Below, one piece after another: positions 37,395 through 51,423 of a stretch of 64,000 nt of DNA. The first letter of the stretch is position 1; the number at the start of each line of letters is the position of its first letter. Source of the stretch: Kondoa subrosea (taxonomy: Eukaryota); the NCBI GenBank assembly GCA_039545335.1, contig BCIN01000007.1:310001-374000 (forward strand), read 5' to 3'. Below the pieces are notes generated by a model. The model saw only the letters and a list, made by a program, of their open reading frames with translations, searched no databases and was not told where the DNA came from. The position numbers and the translations under genes are program-made.

Positions 37395-39596
37395 TCAAAC
37401 TCTTTCGTGGTGTGTCTTTTCCATAACGGTTTTGTCTAGTCCTCCAGCATTGGCAGCATTGGATTCGGCGAAAGTTGTGTGTGGGCGCCATTTAGCTGAT
37501 GTTCTAGGTGTGCTCTCCTCCATCATTTGATCAACTTGTTCGACTAAGAAAAAGAAAAATTCAGACTGATCAGGTGATGCAATAAAATAACTTACGAGTA
37601 AGACCCTTGGTTTCTGGAATGAGGAAGTAGGAGTAAACGAAAGCAGCAGTGCTAGACAAGACGTCAATGACAACTCAACAAGTGGGAAAAGGAATGCTTA
37701 CCAGAGTCCTCCCCAAACGAAGAAGACAGATGATCGAAGGTTGCCTTTATCGACACCAACCATGTAAGGTGTGATGATGGCAATGATGGTGTTCCATAGC
37801 CAGTTTGATGCAGTGGAGAGACCGACACCTCGAGATCTGATTGGAAGAGGGAAGATTTCACCGATCAATACCCAAGCACCAGGTCCCCATGTGGTTGCAA
37901 AGAAGAAGATGAAGATAGCGATGAAGGCAATTTGAGCGTTGACAGCTGGAATGTTGTCCGCAACGCCGTTGGTGGTCTTATTGAATCCAACAGTTACACC
38001 GATGATGGCTACCAACTAAACAAACCTTTTAGAAACCTGGATTAGAGAAAAGCGAAATCACTTACAAACTGGCAGATCAACATGCCGAAAGCACCGAATA
38101 CAAGCAGAGGACGTCTACCGAACTTTTCAATCGTGTAGAAGGAAATCGGAGTGGAGCAAACGTTGACTAAAGTGAAAATGAGTGAGATCAAGAAAGTGTT
38201 GCTGATAGCGCCAGTAGATTGCAAGAAAGGAGTAGAGTAGTAGAAGATGAAGTTCACACCAGTCCACTGTTGCATCATTTGAAGGGATGTACCGAGAATA
38301 GTTCTTCTCAAGTTAGATTTTCCGTTCCTCAATCCACCGCTGAAGCACGCCGTCCATGAGGCCATGTACGTTGTGTAAGGGTTCCTGAATTCAGAAGCGT
38401 TGATTGAGCAAGCAATTGTTTTGTCTACGAAGAGTGACATACATTTGACGTTCGTAATCAGCATTGGCGACAATTTCTGAAAGTTCGACTTCGATGTATT
38501 CTGAGTCGCGAGGTTGACCACGTAGACGGGACAAGACACCACGAGCCTTCTCTACTTCACCCTTCTTTACGAAATAACGACTATTCCAGACATTGAGCTC
38601 CAGATCCGAAATAAGCTGAAAGAGTAGCACTTACGGAGATTCAGGCAAGAAGAAGAGACCAGTACCCAAAATCAAACCCCAGGCGAATTGGATTCCGATT
38701 GGAATACGGTAAGAACCAGAGTCTTGGCGATCTCTGACGGCGTAGTTGACGACAGAGGCGATGAGAAGACCGAGAGTGATGCAGAACTGGTAGCCTGATA
38801 CAAGGGCACCACGAACTTTTCTTGGGCAGATTTCGGACTGTCAGTTCAAATGGTTAGAAAACCTTAGGGGGAAAATGAGAAGAGACAAGACAAACCATGT
38901 AAAGAATGATGATAGCAGATACGAAACCCACACCAATACCAGCAATGCATCGACCAGTGCAGATGAGTGCAAGACCACTTGATTCAGCAATTTGGATAAT
39001 TACACCGATTGTGTAGATGACACAACCGATGATGATGGTAGGACCTGGGACGTGGCATTAGACTTGGTACTCACATCCAAATATAGTAGTACTCACGACG
39101 ACCAAATCGATCAGCGACATCTCCGGCAATGATTGCGCCGAAGAATGTTCCGGCAGACAGAATAGAAGTGACCAAAGTCAAGTGACCAGCAGTAAGAGAA
39201 TCTCTTGTACCATTTTCAACGAGCTGTGAATAGGAAGGGATCGAAGTAATTAGAATTGCGGGGCCAAGAGATTGTCTATAAAAGGCAAAAAGGGCTTACT
39301 CTGATAAAGTTCTTGGAACCAGTAACACCGTTGATGTAACCAGAATCGTAACCGAAGAAGATACCTCCAAAGGATGCGAAAACACACATCAAGTATGCCT
39401 AAAAAGTTTCCACAACAATGAATTTAGGCATGCCGCGATCTCGTGATCTGCGCGACTAACCTTGACGGTGACTGGCGCTTCAATGGCATTGACATCGGCT
39501 GTACCCCTACGATGAAAGCGGACATTTAGTTCATCGAAAGGCCAAGAGTACTTGCGTGGCTTGCACTCACTTGAGGGCTGTCACAACTTTGCTCAT
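37395..39596 (-). CDS. MFS sugar porter (hexose/high-affinity glucose transporter)
   Basis: FGGIFFGYDSGYING, DRFGRR, YMSEICPRKVRG, PESPRY, QMMQQWTGVNFIFYY, TWGPGAWVLIGEIFPLPIRSRG, PETKG. Confidence 0.96.
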
Positions 39597-41678
39597 GTTG
39601 GCTGGTGATCAACTGAAATGAAGATATATGAGTTGATGCAAAATTGGAGAGACCAAGCGCGGAACACACAGGAGCGAGTGAGAGTGGGAAGAGAAGGAAT
39701 CAAGGAATTTTCAGAAAACAAGCCTCGATCATGTGGCTGCGGGGAACATCACATGTCTCCGGCGTAGACGGTTTAATGTTGTTCCTGCCGGTCCTGACTG
39801 CAACGACCTTGTCTTGATGGAGCCCAGCTGTGGACAGGTCCAGGACTAGAGCGCATTGCAAGACATAATGAAGAAAAAAATGAGGAGGCCCTAAGCTAGC
39901 GAAAGTTGGACTCCAATCATACGATTTCATCAGAATGTCGGCGAAGCAATTAAAAGGTCGCTGTGTCTTGTGTGTTGACACACTACTCTTGCATACATCT
40001 TCCAATTCAGCGACTCCTTTCGACACCACCACATTATTGTCCACAACACTTTGTTTTCTTTTCTCGGAAAGTTGACACTACCGGGACTTTTTCAGTTCGC
40101 ATGGGGAAGTCTGGACAGCATGGAGTTATCGATGGTCGAGCACGGAGTCATGTTTGGAGAGCATTGGCCATCATTTGATGAAGCGCTGAGCAGAAGTAGA
40201 GTCTATAGTTGACTTCTTGAATGCATTCGGTTGAGGGTATATTGCTTTGTAATGGATATATAAAGACTTTGTTTCGTGTATCAAGATATGACTTGAGCAA
40301 GTCGAGTTTGACAGTACGGTATCGAAGCCCAAAGCAACTTGAAGCTGTGTACGATAGTTCTTGTGTCGTTGCACTTTGAAGTACTACAAGGTCTCTTCCT
40401 TCCTCTGGTGGTTGAGCGCAAAAGAGAGAGTGCACAGCCTGATTGTTAAGTGTGGTGAATCCCGTGTACTTGGCGATAAGATAAGGCTGAAAGGTTCTCC
40501 GCTTTTCGGAATTTCTTCAAGATACCGAAACGTTCCAGATGCTCTTAATTCCCCTCCGATAAGCTTGTTTCACGCTTCCGTATACAGCACAGTAGCAACG
40601 CAGCTGTAGGCTTGCTTGGTGGGATCTTGGTGGAAATGACTCGGAGCTGTCCGTGATACTCGAGCGGGAATACCAAAGGTGAAGAGGAACAAGATAGAGC
40701 GGCTGATCTGGCAGCTTTACGATAGCAACACGGAGCACCAATTGAAGCTGAGGTGGAAGAATGGGCGGACGCCGGAGACGAGACTTCTTTTGCTCACCTT
40801 AGTACGGCATTCCGCTGGTAAACGAAAGGAGCAGAAGATGTTAGCAGCAGACGAATAGACTAGGCTGAAGCACGTACGAAGCCCAAAAGAACGCGTTCCC
40901 TTACTGTATCGTAGATCTTCAGCCCAACCAAGTATTGAGTTGCTCGCGTATATTGATGAGGACACCGCGAAACGACAAGGTAAATAAGGTGGTGTGAAGA
41001 GACTGCGCACTTCACATGCGGACTTATAAGTAGCTTAGGTATCACCCTATCTGCAAATGGACGGAAGAGAAAAGAAGAGGACGCTGAACATTGCCAAATG
41101 GTGTCAGCTGTCCTATATCTTGAAGCAAGCCTAGTGATGCATACAAGAGCGTTGTCTTTGTACATCGATCTTCGGCTCTTTTTAGCTAGACGTTTCTTTC
41201 TTTCTTGACATCAATGGGAATGCTTGTGAGTTAGGATTCAGCAGCCTTGAGCGGATCCATTGAAATCATGGGACTAGATGTGCAGCAGGAGCAGGGAGAT
41301 GACCCATAACGAGACATAGCAAGCAAGCCGCCGAATTGCTTCGTCAACTCAGGCCAGACAAATTCGTATGCAGGCTTGATGGTCAGGCCAACAATAAGAG
41401 CACGGCAGGAGTCAGTCGATGACGCGGATGCGGTGTGCTTCCAGCTACTAGCGAACGCACTTCGAGCACAATGATGAAACGGTGGAAGATTGCTTCAAGC
41501 AATATAGAGGCACAAATGGTACTGCAAAACACATGGTAACAGCTTAGAGCAAGGTGAAGCGCCCAAAAGAGGCGAGAAACAGGAAGCGACATGACGGCTT
41601 GAGGTCAAGCTTTCGATTTTATTCTGTTTTGTCTGTCTACTGCCACACTCCTCACAGCTAGGTCTGCTCAGGCCAATC

Positions 41679-43191
41679 ATGTCTTCGCGTAAAAGCAAAG
41701 CTACAGAGTGAGCAGCATCCGCATTCAGATAGCTTGCAGATGCTCAATTTCCACGACGACAGCTTGCAAGTTCGAATTCGATACCAGAACCCTTTGCCAG
41801 CACCTCCATTCCCTCCAAAGCTCCTGACAATACCTACAGATCTCAATCGTTTCTCTTCCTATGACACTCTGAAACCAGTTGAAGCAGAGCGCGAGCTACC
41901 CTTAGTTGTAGATGCTGAGCTAGGCATGTACTTGGAAAGCGGGCAAGGGGATCCGGATTACTGGGAAGGGGACAGATCAAGAGTAGCTCCTGCTATGAAC
42001 TATGTAGCTCTGGATGATGAAGATCTGGAATTGGTTGGTGAACTTGAAACTACTGCTTCTTCAAATATGCCTGGATCATCCAAGAAACCTGTCAATACTG
42101 GTGTTTCTTGGTTGAGAAGGACAGAATACTTGTCTGCTGCTGATCAAGCTGGTCCATTACGATTCAAGGAGAATGAGAAGTGAGTTCAAACTTCTCGTTT
42201 TTTGGTCTATCGTATTGATGCAGAGACTGTCAGACCTGCACCGAAAGCTAAAGCCGAGACCCTGACAAGAGAAGACAGAGTGAAAGCCATCCTAGCTTCC
42301 TTTGATGCTGCAAATGCACCTTTAAGCGAATTGAGACCGCCTACCAATCCTTCTCGTCGTGCAGTCAAAGAATATCCAGTCTTACCCGATGAAGATCTTT
42401 GGCCGAATATCTACAAACTCGTCCGATACCCAGACAATCCATCAGTGAAAGACCGAGCATCTGGGCAATTGGAGGTTCGCATTCTCATATTCATTAGGTT
42501 CTTTTTAGCTCATTGTTCAGCAGGACTTGATTAACGGACCTGGACTAAGAACAGAAACTGCTATTATGAGAGTCGTTTCAGTACCTGAAGATGATGATCG
42601 TTTCGTCTACTATCTCTTGCAAGACGAAGCGACAGCCGATAATCATCTTGTGATGCAAAATACTCTACCAACAATAGATGAACCTGATCTCTCTCCTTAT
42701 CCTGAACCACCTGCCGTGAGTTTTTTCCAACATTCTTTTATCGAACGAATATGTGTTTCTTATAACATTCTCAATTGAATCAGCCACATCCCTTCCATCG
42801 TATTCGAGATTATGAAGTAGCCAGTAAAAGAAGTTTGGCTGGAGAATGTTTGATTTCCATTGAAGAAGGAGAAGCGGAATCTTCACGTCGACCAGCTGGT
42901 GCTTATTTCGCTCCTTTAACTGAACATCTGGCTTTGAGGAAACGTCGTCCGAGAGTCAGCAATCCTTCTTCCTCATCAATCAATTGTCATGCTGATAAGA
43001 TTTGATAGAGAGGAGAAGATCCTATGGACTATGGACCTGAAGCAGCTCAAATTGGTTTAGTTTCGTGGGATGAGATACATGTAGCTCTTGGTTTGAGAGC
43101 GGAAGCGATGCCTTACCCTGATGCGGACTATTGGGGTCCGCAACGACAAGAAGTCAAGGCTTCGTTTTCGGCTGCTGGTGTAGAGTTTTGA
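41679..43191 (+). CDS. PAF1: RNA polymerase II-associated factor 1 (Paf1 complex)
   Basis: LQVRIRYQNPLPAPPFPPKLL, VDAELGM, VSWLRRTEYLS, PVLPDEDLW, LALRKRRP. Stop at 43189-43191. Confidence 0.9.
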
Positions 43192-43445
43192 ATGAAGGCT
43201 TGACATGTGATATGTAACGAAGCAGCATCATTGTGCGATTCGCGATTTCTGATCGGCGTCAAGTGGATTATGATGCTGTGTAGCAGTATGAATACATATA
43301 AACAAGTAATCGTCCATGAGTGGAATACCATCTGAGACCATGCTGTTACCAGCACAGAAAGTCAAACAAGACAATCAAGCTTCAGCAGGATGCACATGTT
43401 TCGAATCCCCTTGGGCTGGAAAGCAAGCCTGCACGTAAAGCGATG

Positions 43446-44663
43446 TTAGTCTTTGTTATATAGCACGCAAAATGGACACACCTTCTTGTGACCACCTTCT
43501 TTCCAGTGTAACCTTTGGCAGTCCCCATTCCAACAATACATCGCAACCCTACATCGATCACACAGCCGGAAGCGCGTGGTTTCTTGTCGCATGCCCACTT
43601 CAGATTTGGCGCAATACACGCAGATCCTGAACCGATCTTGGAGCAGAGCTTTCACCACTACTTCGTCAAGGCTGGCGATGATGATCTGGGATGATGTAAA
43701 ATCTGCTGATTCGTGTTCGTGATGCATTGCGTTCAGTAGCGCTGTGATTACTGGCTGATGGTGCTTCAGAACATATCGCGAGAAAGATCTTAGAATGGCT
43801 TCTTTGCATATGATTTTACCAGACAGGTCGAAAAGTGGCATATTCAATTCCACGCTAATTTGGTGATGCTTGAGTATGAAAATGGTAAAACTACGAAGGT
43901 GGGAAAGATTCTGTTCTATGAGATGATTGACTCCAGAAGGAAGAGCACTGTCATCAAGTGAAGTCTTGTAATTGGCCGGTAGTAGGTAAGACAAAAGCAA
44001 AGACAGGCATTTGATGTGAATGTCGAAGAGATTAGAGCAGAAAGATGCAAGAAAATCTGTAGAGTATCGGAATAGAGAGCACAGATGTCTCGTGATTGCA
44101 GTCATGACAGATTGGCAAGCCAGAAGTTTTAGACAATCTTCTTTCGTTTGCATTTGCGTGTCTACCAAGATTTGTAAGCCAGATAGGATCGATGAGCATT
44201 GCCTGGCGAAGACTAGACGACAGGCAATTGCGAATGCCAAATTGAGATCTGGAAAAGAATCCTTGAGAAGGTTTTGGCAGAGCTTCAGCATTGTCGTCCA
44301 TCCAAACGGAACAGTGTTGAGCAATCGACTAAGTGACTAGCATCAGCCGTGACAATTATTACAGGCAAGTACTCAGCTACAGGACGAATTTATGAGACTC
44401 TCATAAGCACAACTCAACAACACCTTAGCTAATAGTAACGCACACAGCCATACATCCCGACCCCTCTTTAGGTCCAGCTCTTGCTCGTTGATACTTTCTG
44501 TCTCACTGGCGGGCTCAAATGTACTCTCTACCTCGCTACAACATTTGTCTTGTGTATAAGCAGATTTCGCAAACCGAGCTTGAGGTCGAGCTTCTGAGAC
44601 CAGCCAGCTTTGTCTGAGCGGTGGAAGGAGGTATGCTTGATATCTTCTGCCTTGCAGCAGCAT
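43446..44663 (-). CDS. MYND-type zinc-finger protein (5' end uncertain)
   Basis: C-terminal CVYC...CDRCRVAMYC...DCQRLHWKEGGHKKVC. An 879-nt open stretch is preceded by an acceptor at ~44329. The upstream exon is tentatively joined through a weak GTCCTG donor. Confidence 0.7.
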
Positions 44664-44753
44664 TCAGCTTCAATCACATTGCTTGTAGCAAGATGACATA
44701 GAGATTGAATAAAATGAGACTTGTTCTCCCTCAGCGAAGCCAAAGTCTCGAGC

Positions 44754-45972
44754 ATGCCAAAGCTTCAAGTAACAGCAGGGAGCAGCTTTGCTTCCTTGTC
44801 AACAGTAGCAGTGAACAGGGATACGCAACCTTTGACTATTTCGAATGACTACTTCGAAGGCAAAGTGACTGTACGGATCAAGCATTTCAAGGGCAAAGAC
44901 AACGAGACGCTGGCAGATACAGAGAGTGGTTATTTCAAGGAGCACACTGGTTTGACTTGGTCGATACAAATACAAGGTCATTTCAAGCAAGATGAGCCAA
45001 TGGATGATTTGGTCTTCGGGGTGCGTCTCTCTCTCGTTCGAGTAGCAAGGTTGTCACGTTTCTCATCGTTGCTGCAGAACATCTTCGATCATCCTATCAG
45101 AGATTCGCTACCTTATGTATGTTTGTCTTTCGTCCGTCAAGCTGGGTTAATCTGATCAGTCTATCTGTAGGGCACTGCTTTAGCACTGAAGTTCGTCAAC
45201 TTCATCGATCCAGCTCTAGAACAGGATGTAAGTTCTTCCCTCTCCTGGTCCAGATGAAAGTCAATTGATTGATGTCGATTGTTGCAGATCTACGCAGATA
45301 AACCTTGGGCTTGGAGTCCTTTAATATCAACAATGAATCGTATAGCTTTCTACCCTTCTACTTCTTCTTCGAAAGAAATACAATGGAATTCTAAGCAAGC
45401 AGAAGAAGATGTAACTCCTCTTTATTCGAAATCAGACAAGAAGGAAGATGTCGAATACCTCAAAGGCAATTCAGATGCTCGAAGAAAGTATTTTGCAAGC
45501 AAGGCAAATCGTGGAGATGTGATTCCCAAAGACGTGCGTGGTTTTTAGTAGCTAAAGCAAAAAAGACATTGCTGAATTGAAATCAATATTCGCACAGATG
45601 GTTTTCGAAACAGATTTCTGTAATGGCTTGTGAGCGGCCTTGTTAGTCTCAGTCAGATGTAGCTTATTAGTGTACAGCATCGATTTCAACACTCTTTCTG
45701 TCAATTTCGGTGCGAGGTTACAGTTCAATTTGGCAAAGTATTGGTGAGGAGCCTAAATCTTCTCGCTCCAGAATTTCTCTAAATTCCTTCAATATAGGGA
45801 CGGTCAACCTGTTCGTTATATCTGCAGAACGAGAGATGGATCAAGAACATTCTTTGCAATTGATTTCACCTTGGTGGACGCAGAAGGTCTCAGCGACAAA
45901 AGTCCAATTCCTCCTACAGCAGCGTCGAAAGAAGAAGAAGGCGAGAACAGAGACGATCTAGGCGTAGATTAG
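44754..45972 (+). CDS. DUF1769-family protein
   Basis: MPKLQVTAG, FEGKVTVRIKHF, TWSIQIQGHF, LVFGNIFDHPIRDSLPYGT, DKPWAWSPL, DFCNGFIDF, KYWDGQPVRYI. Confidence 0.85.
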
Positions 45973-46364
45973 AAAGACCATAAACTCTTCGTCAAAATGT
46001 CCATGCAACTAAAACTATACAATGTAAAATGACGAGTAAGTAAAGCAAACGACATGTTCAATGACCCCCATATGACGCGACCTGACCCCTTTCTGCCCTC
46101 TTGTGCATCTATCATAGCGCTTTTCCAATTCTTGAGAACAACCCCCTTGACCAATATCATTCACAACCGAAGCCAAAAAAAAACCATTTCCAATATCCGC
46201 CCATGCTTGTATCCGATTGATTGCAATGCTCTATCCACCTCTTGTTTTAAACCAATATATATGTATAATATCCAGCCAAACCAACATTAAGTACGGAATC
46301 TTTATTGACCAAATTCCAAAATTCAATCACAGAGGTATATATATGTTCGCTTTCGATCTTCTTT

Positions 46365-49300
46365 CTAAGACCAGATAGATCTGCCGAAAGCCATCTTACT
46401 TGTTGACGATGAAGTTTCGAAAGAAGCTCTTCTAGTATTCAATCCATTTTCCGTAGCAGCTACTTTGCCCAAAGCGGATTGCGAAGGATGATGATTGAGA
46501 CCAATAGGTGATCTATTTCCACCATTACTACTACCTGCGACAGTAGCGTAATTTCTAGGCTTGGAGATATGGTTGTTGTCATCTTCAAACGCGCTAATGC
46601 CTTGAGACAAGAGGGATAAAGAATTCATATCATTCTCCAAATTCGAGATTGCTCTTTGTTGTTGAGCTCGGAAATCAGCTCTTGGTTTATCAGCTGAATG
46701 TGAAGCCGATCGAATTCCTGTGTTGAACCGATCGCCAATAGGTGATGTGCCAACACTTAGAGAAGAAGTGCCAGCGTATTTCCCATCATTGGTCGAAGCA
46801 CGTCGAGCGAGAAGGGAAGATAGAGATGGAACCAGAGTATCATCTCCTTTCGACTCTTCATCTGAAGTAGCAATAGCTGGACTTCCTGAATTGACAGCCG
46901 GGCTATTATGATTGCTACCAGAAGCTGGCGGATCGAGCGGAGTATCTGCAGCAACCACAGGTGCTTCATAAGAACTACTGATTAGACTGTCCAAACTTGG
47001 GAAATAGCCAGATGGTGGATTGTAGTCGGTTGAAGTGTTCTGATCGCCATCTGTTTAAAGCAACAACATGCATCAGTGGACATTCAACTCAAGAGAGCAT
47101 TCACGAACCATGCACAGGAGCACCGGGGGCAGGATTATAACCGGTAATTGGTTGCCCAAAACCAGTTGAACCCAAAGTAGGTGAAAATGGACCTAAACCA
47201 GGTGACAGGAAATGTGGGACCAGCGGAGGTGTTTGAGGAAAAGGATGAAAGGAAAACCCAGGCATAGATGGAGTCATTGTTGCTCGAGCTGATTGAGGTG
47301 ACATTGCGTTGTTGTAATTATCACTCGACTTGCTTGGTCCGCCTGGTTGTGGTGACATAAGTGCAGCAGGACCAGTAGAGAACTGTTGCTGATGCGGACT
47401 GAAGTGTAAATGTCCAGGCGCTTGTCTTGTTAGACCATTCATGGGCATTGAGAAAGATTGATAACCACCATTGAAAGGATCGGTGACTTGAGAGAGTGAT
47501 CCAAGTGAAGAGAAACGACTCTCGGGAGTCTGTTGTTCTCTGATCAAATGCCTTTCCAGTTTCTCTGCATCAGTCATTCCGCCATTTTGAGCTGGACTGC
47601 CTGATCTGCCATTTTGATTGATGCTGAAAGGAGGTATCGAGTCCATAGAGGAGTTTGAATGTTGAGGTTGCATGAAAGGTGAACCATTAGCTGAGTTGTT
47701 TCCACTTTGACCTGCCATATTGCTAATATGTGCAGCATATTTATCGAAATGTACTTTGAGTAGCCGACCATTGTATTCGAATCTGTTCGTTGTCAATGGC
47801 TTATTAGACTACATCGATCCAACGAACATTCTCACGAACCCGTTGAACATTTCGACGGCCCGAAGTGCATCTTCAGGTGTAGCATAAAGCACAGTCCCAA
47901 AGCCTCTACTTCGTCCATCAGGTCCAACAGTTACATCCGCTCTCAAAATATTGCCTGCAGTCCTGAACAAATCTTTCAAATCTTGCCATTGACAATTGAA
48001 AGGTAGATTGCCAACAAAGAGATGTCGATTGGCATAAGCTGCTGGAGGTAGAGGTGGTGGTGTAGATCGACTTGAATGAGGATGTGATCCTCCACCCATG
48101 TGATAGAATCCCATCAAACCGCCATTTGTGAGATATGGGTATGGTTGTAAAGCGTATAGAGGTGGACCATTGCCTTGAGGCATTGCGATGACTGGAACAA
48201 AATGACCACCTTGTTGTGTATATCCTTGTGGGTATGGTGCAAAAGGTTGAGGAGGAGTGTGCATAGTTGCTGCTGTTGCAGTCGAAGCAGATCCACCTTT
48301 AGAAGCAGTAATTTCATGATATTCGCCAGGTGAGAAATCTGCGATAGGGGGAGTAGAATGCATTTGCTGCATGGCAGGGTTGGAACCTCTTCTTGATCCA
48401 GAATTGGAAGCAGAACTCGAAGGGCGAGAAATATTTCGGCCAGCTATCTTCGCAGCAAGATTGCTCGGACTGCTTGACAAGCCAGGTGCACCAGAGTTTG
48501 ACATGGCAGGACTTTGATGTTGTTGAGATAGCATAGCCATCATCGGCATTCCATTGGCGTAAGTAGATTGCATGGAATGTAGTGCTTGCGGATTGGAGGC
48601 CATAGCGATAGCTATGCTGCCAGTAGGATCTTGTTGGTCTAGTCTGACATCCAAGACTCGTGATTGCCAATTGTATCTGTAATTCGCGATCGATCATTTG
48701 GGAAAAGGCCGCAACTTCGCAATGACTTACCCGTTATACATCTCGATTGCCTTGAAAGCATCCGCTTCACTGGCATAGAGAACAGTACCAAAACCTTTCG
48801 ATCGATTGTCCATAGTGAGGGCAACATCAGCTCTGAGCACTGTTCCGCATTTCCGAAAAAGATCTTTCAAATCTTGCCAACGGACTCTGAACGGTAGCTA
48901 TATCGATTACATCAGCATGGGAACCATTAGAACAGATGACTAAAGGTACATTGCCGATAAAGAGCTGAGTGCGACTGTCTCCATCTCTTCTGTACGAATC
49001 GCCTCCATTGAGAGTATGTTTAAGATTGACATTCCGCGAATCTTCCCAGTATCTGTAGTTTTACTCAATTAGCTCCTTGAACTTACCGATAGACTATGGA
49101 GTAAGCTGCGCGCACGATTCGGGTAGATTTCCAGAAGGACTCTTTGATCCAGAAATAGGCGGGAAACCAGCAGCACTACCATGTTGAGGTGGAGTGCTAC
49201 CTAACATACTACTGTTGCTTCCTGATCGACCTATAGTACCCATTCCTGCTATGTTCTGGTTGTTGTTACCATTGTTAGACAGGGGCAAGTTGTTTGTAGG

Positions 49301-49419
49301 TGTTCCGTGCTGTTCAATGGAAATAGATTCAGAATGGCTACTTGAGAGGTCACAGAGGCCACAGAGGTGGTACTGACTCTAAGTATATCTGATGACGAGC
49401 CAGATCTGACAATGTCCAT
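46365..49419 (-). CDS. RNA-binding protein with two RRMs (Gbp2/Hrb1-type RRM signature) embedded in Ser/Pro/Gly/Asn-rich disordered regions
   Basis: [23 protein letters not shown]...RSKGFGTV and [23 protein letters not shown]...RSRGFGTV. Start at 49419 is tentative. Confidence 0.88.
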
Positions 49420-49758
49420 CTGATTTCCAAGTGGATTCGCAAGTTTTGGATTTGATTACTTGAGCGCGAGCGGCTTTAGCTGCGGATCAGGTTGGCCAGC
49501 TCTTGCTTGATAGATCACAGTAGTCTGATCGCGATCCAACACACTGGACCAAGTCGCCGCTGTTTGACAAGCGAGGAGGAGGCGAATTCTGACACTTCTT
49601 GAGGTCGTGACAAAGGGTGCTAAGAGAGAGAGTAGACTCCTGAGAAGGAATTATATGACACCAAGAACCCAAGACCGAGGTGCAGAGCCAGGGCCAGACC
49701 GAGGCAAAAGCGCGAAAGTGGATGTGAAGGAGCAAACAAAGTGACGATCGAATAATCT

Positions 49759-50292
49759 AATTTTCGGGCAAACCTTCGCTCTCCGCGTAACATTATCGTT
49801 TTACAATGCACTACACCTCGCAGCACTCTTCCATATCTTTGCTAGCGAATCCGAGTTCTAAGCAAATTGGCCTATCGCTTAATCTGACGAAACACCGTAC
49901 AGGAGGACCCCGCGAAAGTTGTGTCTGTACATCGAATCATCAGCTGCTGACGTCTACGCAGCCGAAGAGAAAAGTGACCTCCTTCTGAGCCAACTCGATT
50001 GCGGGCGATGAACTTCAAAGGGATATCTTTTCCAAGTAACGGCGGGCTTCTGAGGCAGGAATAGCCTATGGTCTTTCTCACTCGCTCCCATTCACTCTGG
50101 TGTTCTTCCCTGCGCCGTAAAACATCCGTGCTACTGCTTCAAAGCAAAGACATAACTTCTTCACCTTCTGCCGAAACCAACGAGTTCATACAACATATCA
50201 CCATGTCCGCTTTCTGCTCAAATACATATCGAGCCAATTCATCTGCTTCAAACGGACTATTATAAGACCGAAGAGGCTTCAAAACCATGCAG
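49759..50292 (-). pseudogene. Decayed duplicate of the 3' half of NTA1
   Basis: Direct repeat of ~52242-52764. CMDLNP has become CMVLKP and MNWL has become MNSL. One splice donor is degraded, the last exon is frameshifted and the 5' half is absent. Confidence 0.88.
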
Positions 50293-51423
50293 AATTACAA
50301 CTGTCTGCCAAAACCGTACTGCGAACACCTCAAAACAAGCTGGTTCTCAAGGAGCTACAAAGACCCTGAAACACTAGTAGATCCCTTCGCAAACATACTT
50401 AGAAAAGCCGATAACGTAGATTCTTCACCTCAAGAGAGCGCGACTCAAAGTCCACTTGCCCCTTATCGTATACTACAAGATTGCAAGAAGAAGGGGAAGC
50501 TACATCCAACTTAACTCTGTCGAACGCTGTGATCGATGCTTGGTGAATTGGTAGATCAAGAGAAAGTGCTCAGAAAGACCTGAACGACCTGAACTATCAT
50601 ACCTTGAAGATCACAATGTCAGACGGACATAACACAGCGCTCGGGATTCAGTAAAGTGAGTGTATATATACTTGGATGTCCTTCTTTCATGAACACTTGA
50701 GCTGCGAAACTGCTAAGTAAGAAACGATCTCGAAGTCATACTCCCAGTCTTATCAATGGCCAATACCTCAGTATGGCTATAGCTAGTATGGCAGAAGCGA
50801 AAGCTGTATTGCACAATTCCATAACTGAATAAAATGAAAAGGATATCGACGAAGCTATGCTTTGAGACTGAAGAAAAGCCGAAAGAAAGCGAGAGATGAT
50901 CGCGGGAGCGGTGTTGGGATTTGAAGAAGAAGATTATTACACAAACAAGGTCGAAAGCTGGATTATATGAAGTTGTATCAGCAGGAAAAGAAGAGAAAGG
51001 ATTAGTTTTGGCCCTCTATTTGGATACAGAGAGCGTGCAAGAGCACTCTTTGATCTCTATTTGGCTTGTGTGAGTTGAATCTCTTCGCCGAAAGGAAGGC
51101 GAGCTGATTTCAGAATCAGTCACTATCTTGCCGAGCGTTCTGGCTCAGCAAGCCGCCGTATGACCTCGATCTCTTGTATGATACTGTTAGCCGACTTGCT
51201 ACAAATACTGCAATCTCATCTCGATCCTCAGGCCCTCCCAGCACCCTTTGCTGAGCAGGTTTGCTCAAGTCCGCGGTCCAAGGAGTTCTCTTTGGATGTT
51301 CCGCGCAGTGGGCACCTGCGCGGTACTCGGAGTTATGAAGCATATAAGAAGCAGTTCAAGGCGTCTCTTGCTCTCACCAACCAGCTCGACACCCTTTTCT
51401 ATTACTCGAGTAACAGCAATTCA

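Noticed and set aside
39600..41670. About 2-kb region with many short ORFs on both strands
   Set aside because: I found no consistent exon chain or recognisable motif. It is best read as the divergent regulatory region of the sugar transporter and PAF1.
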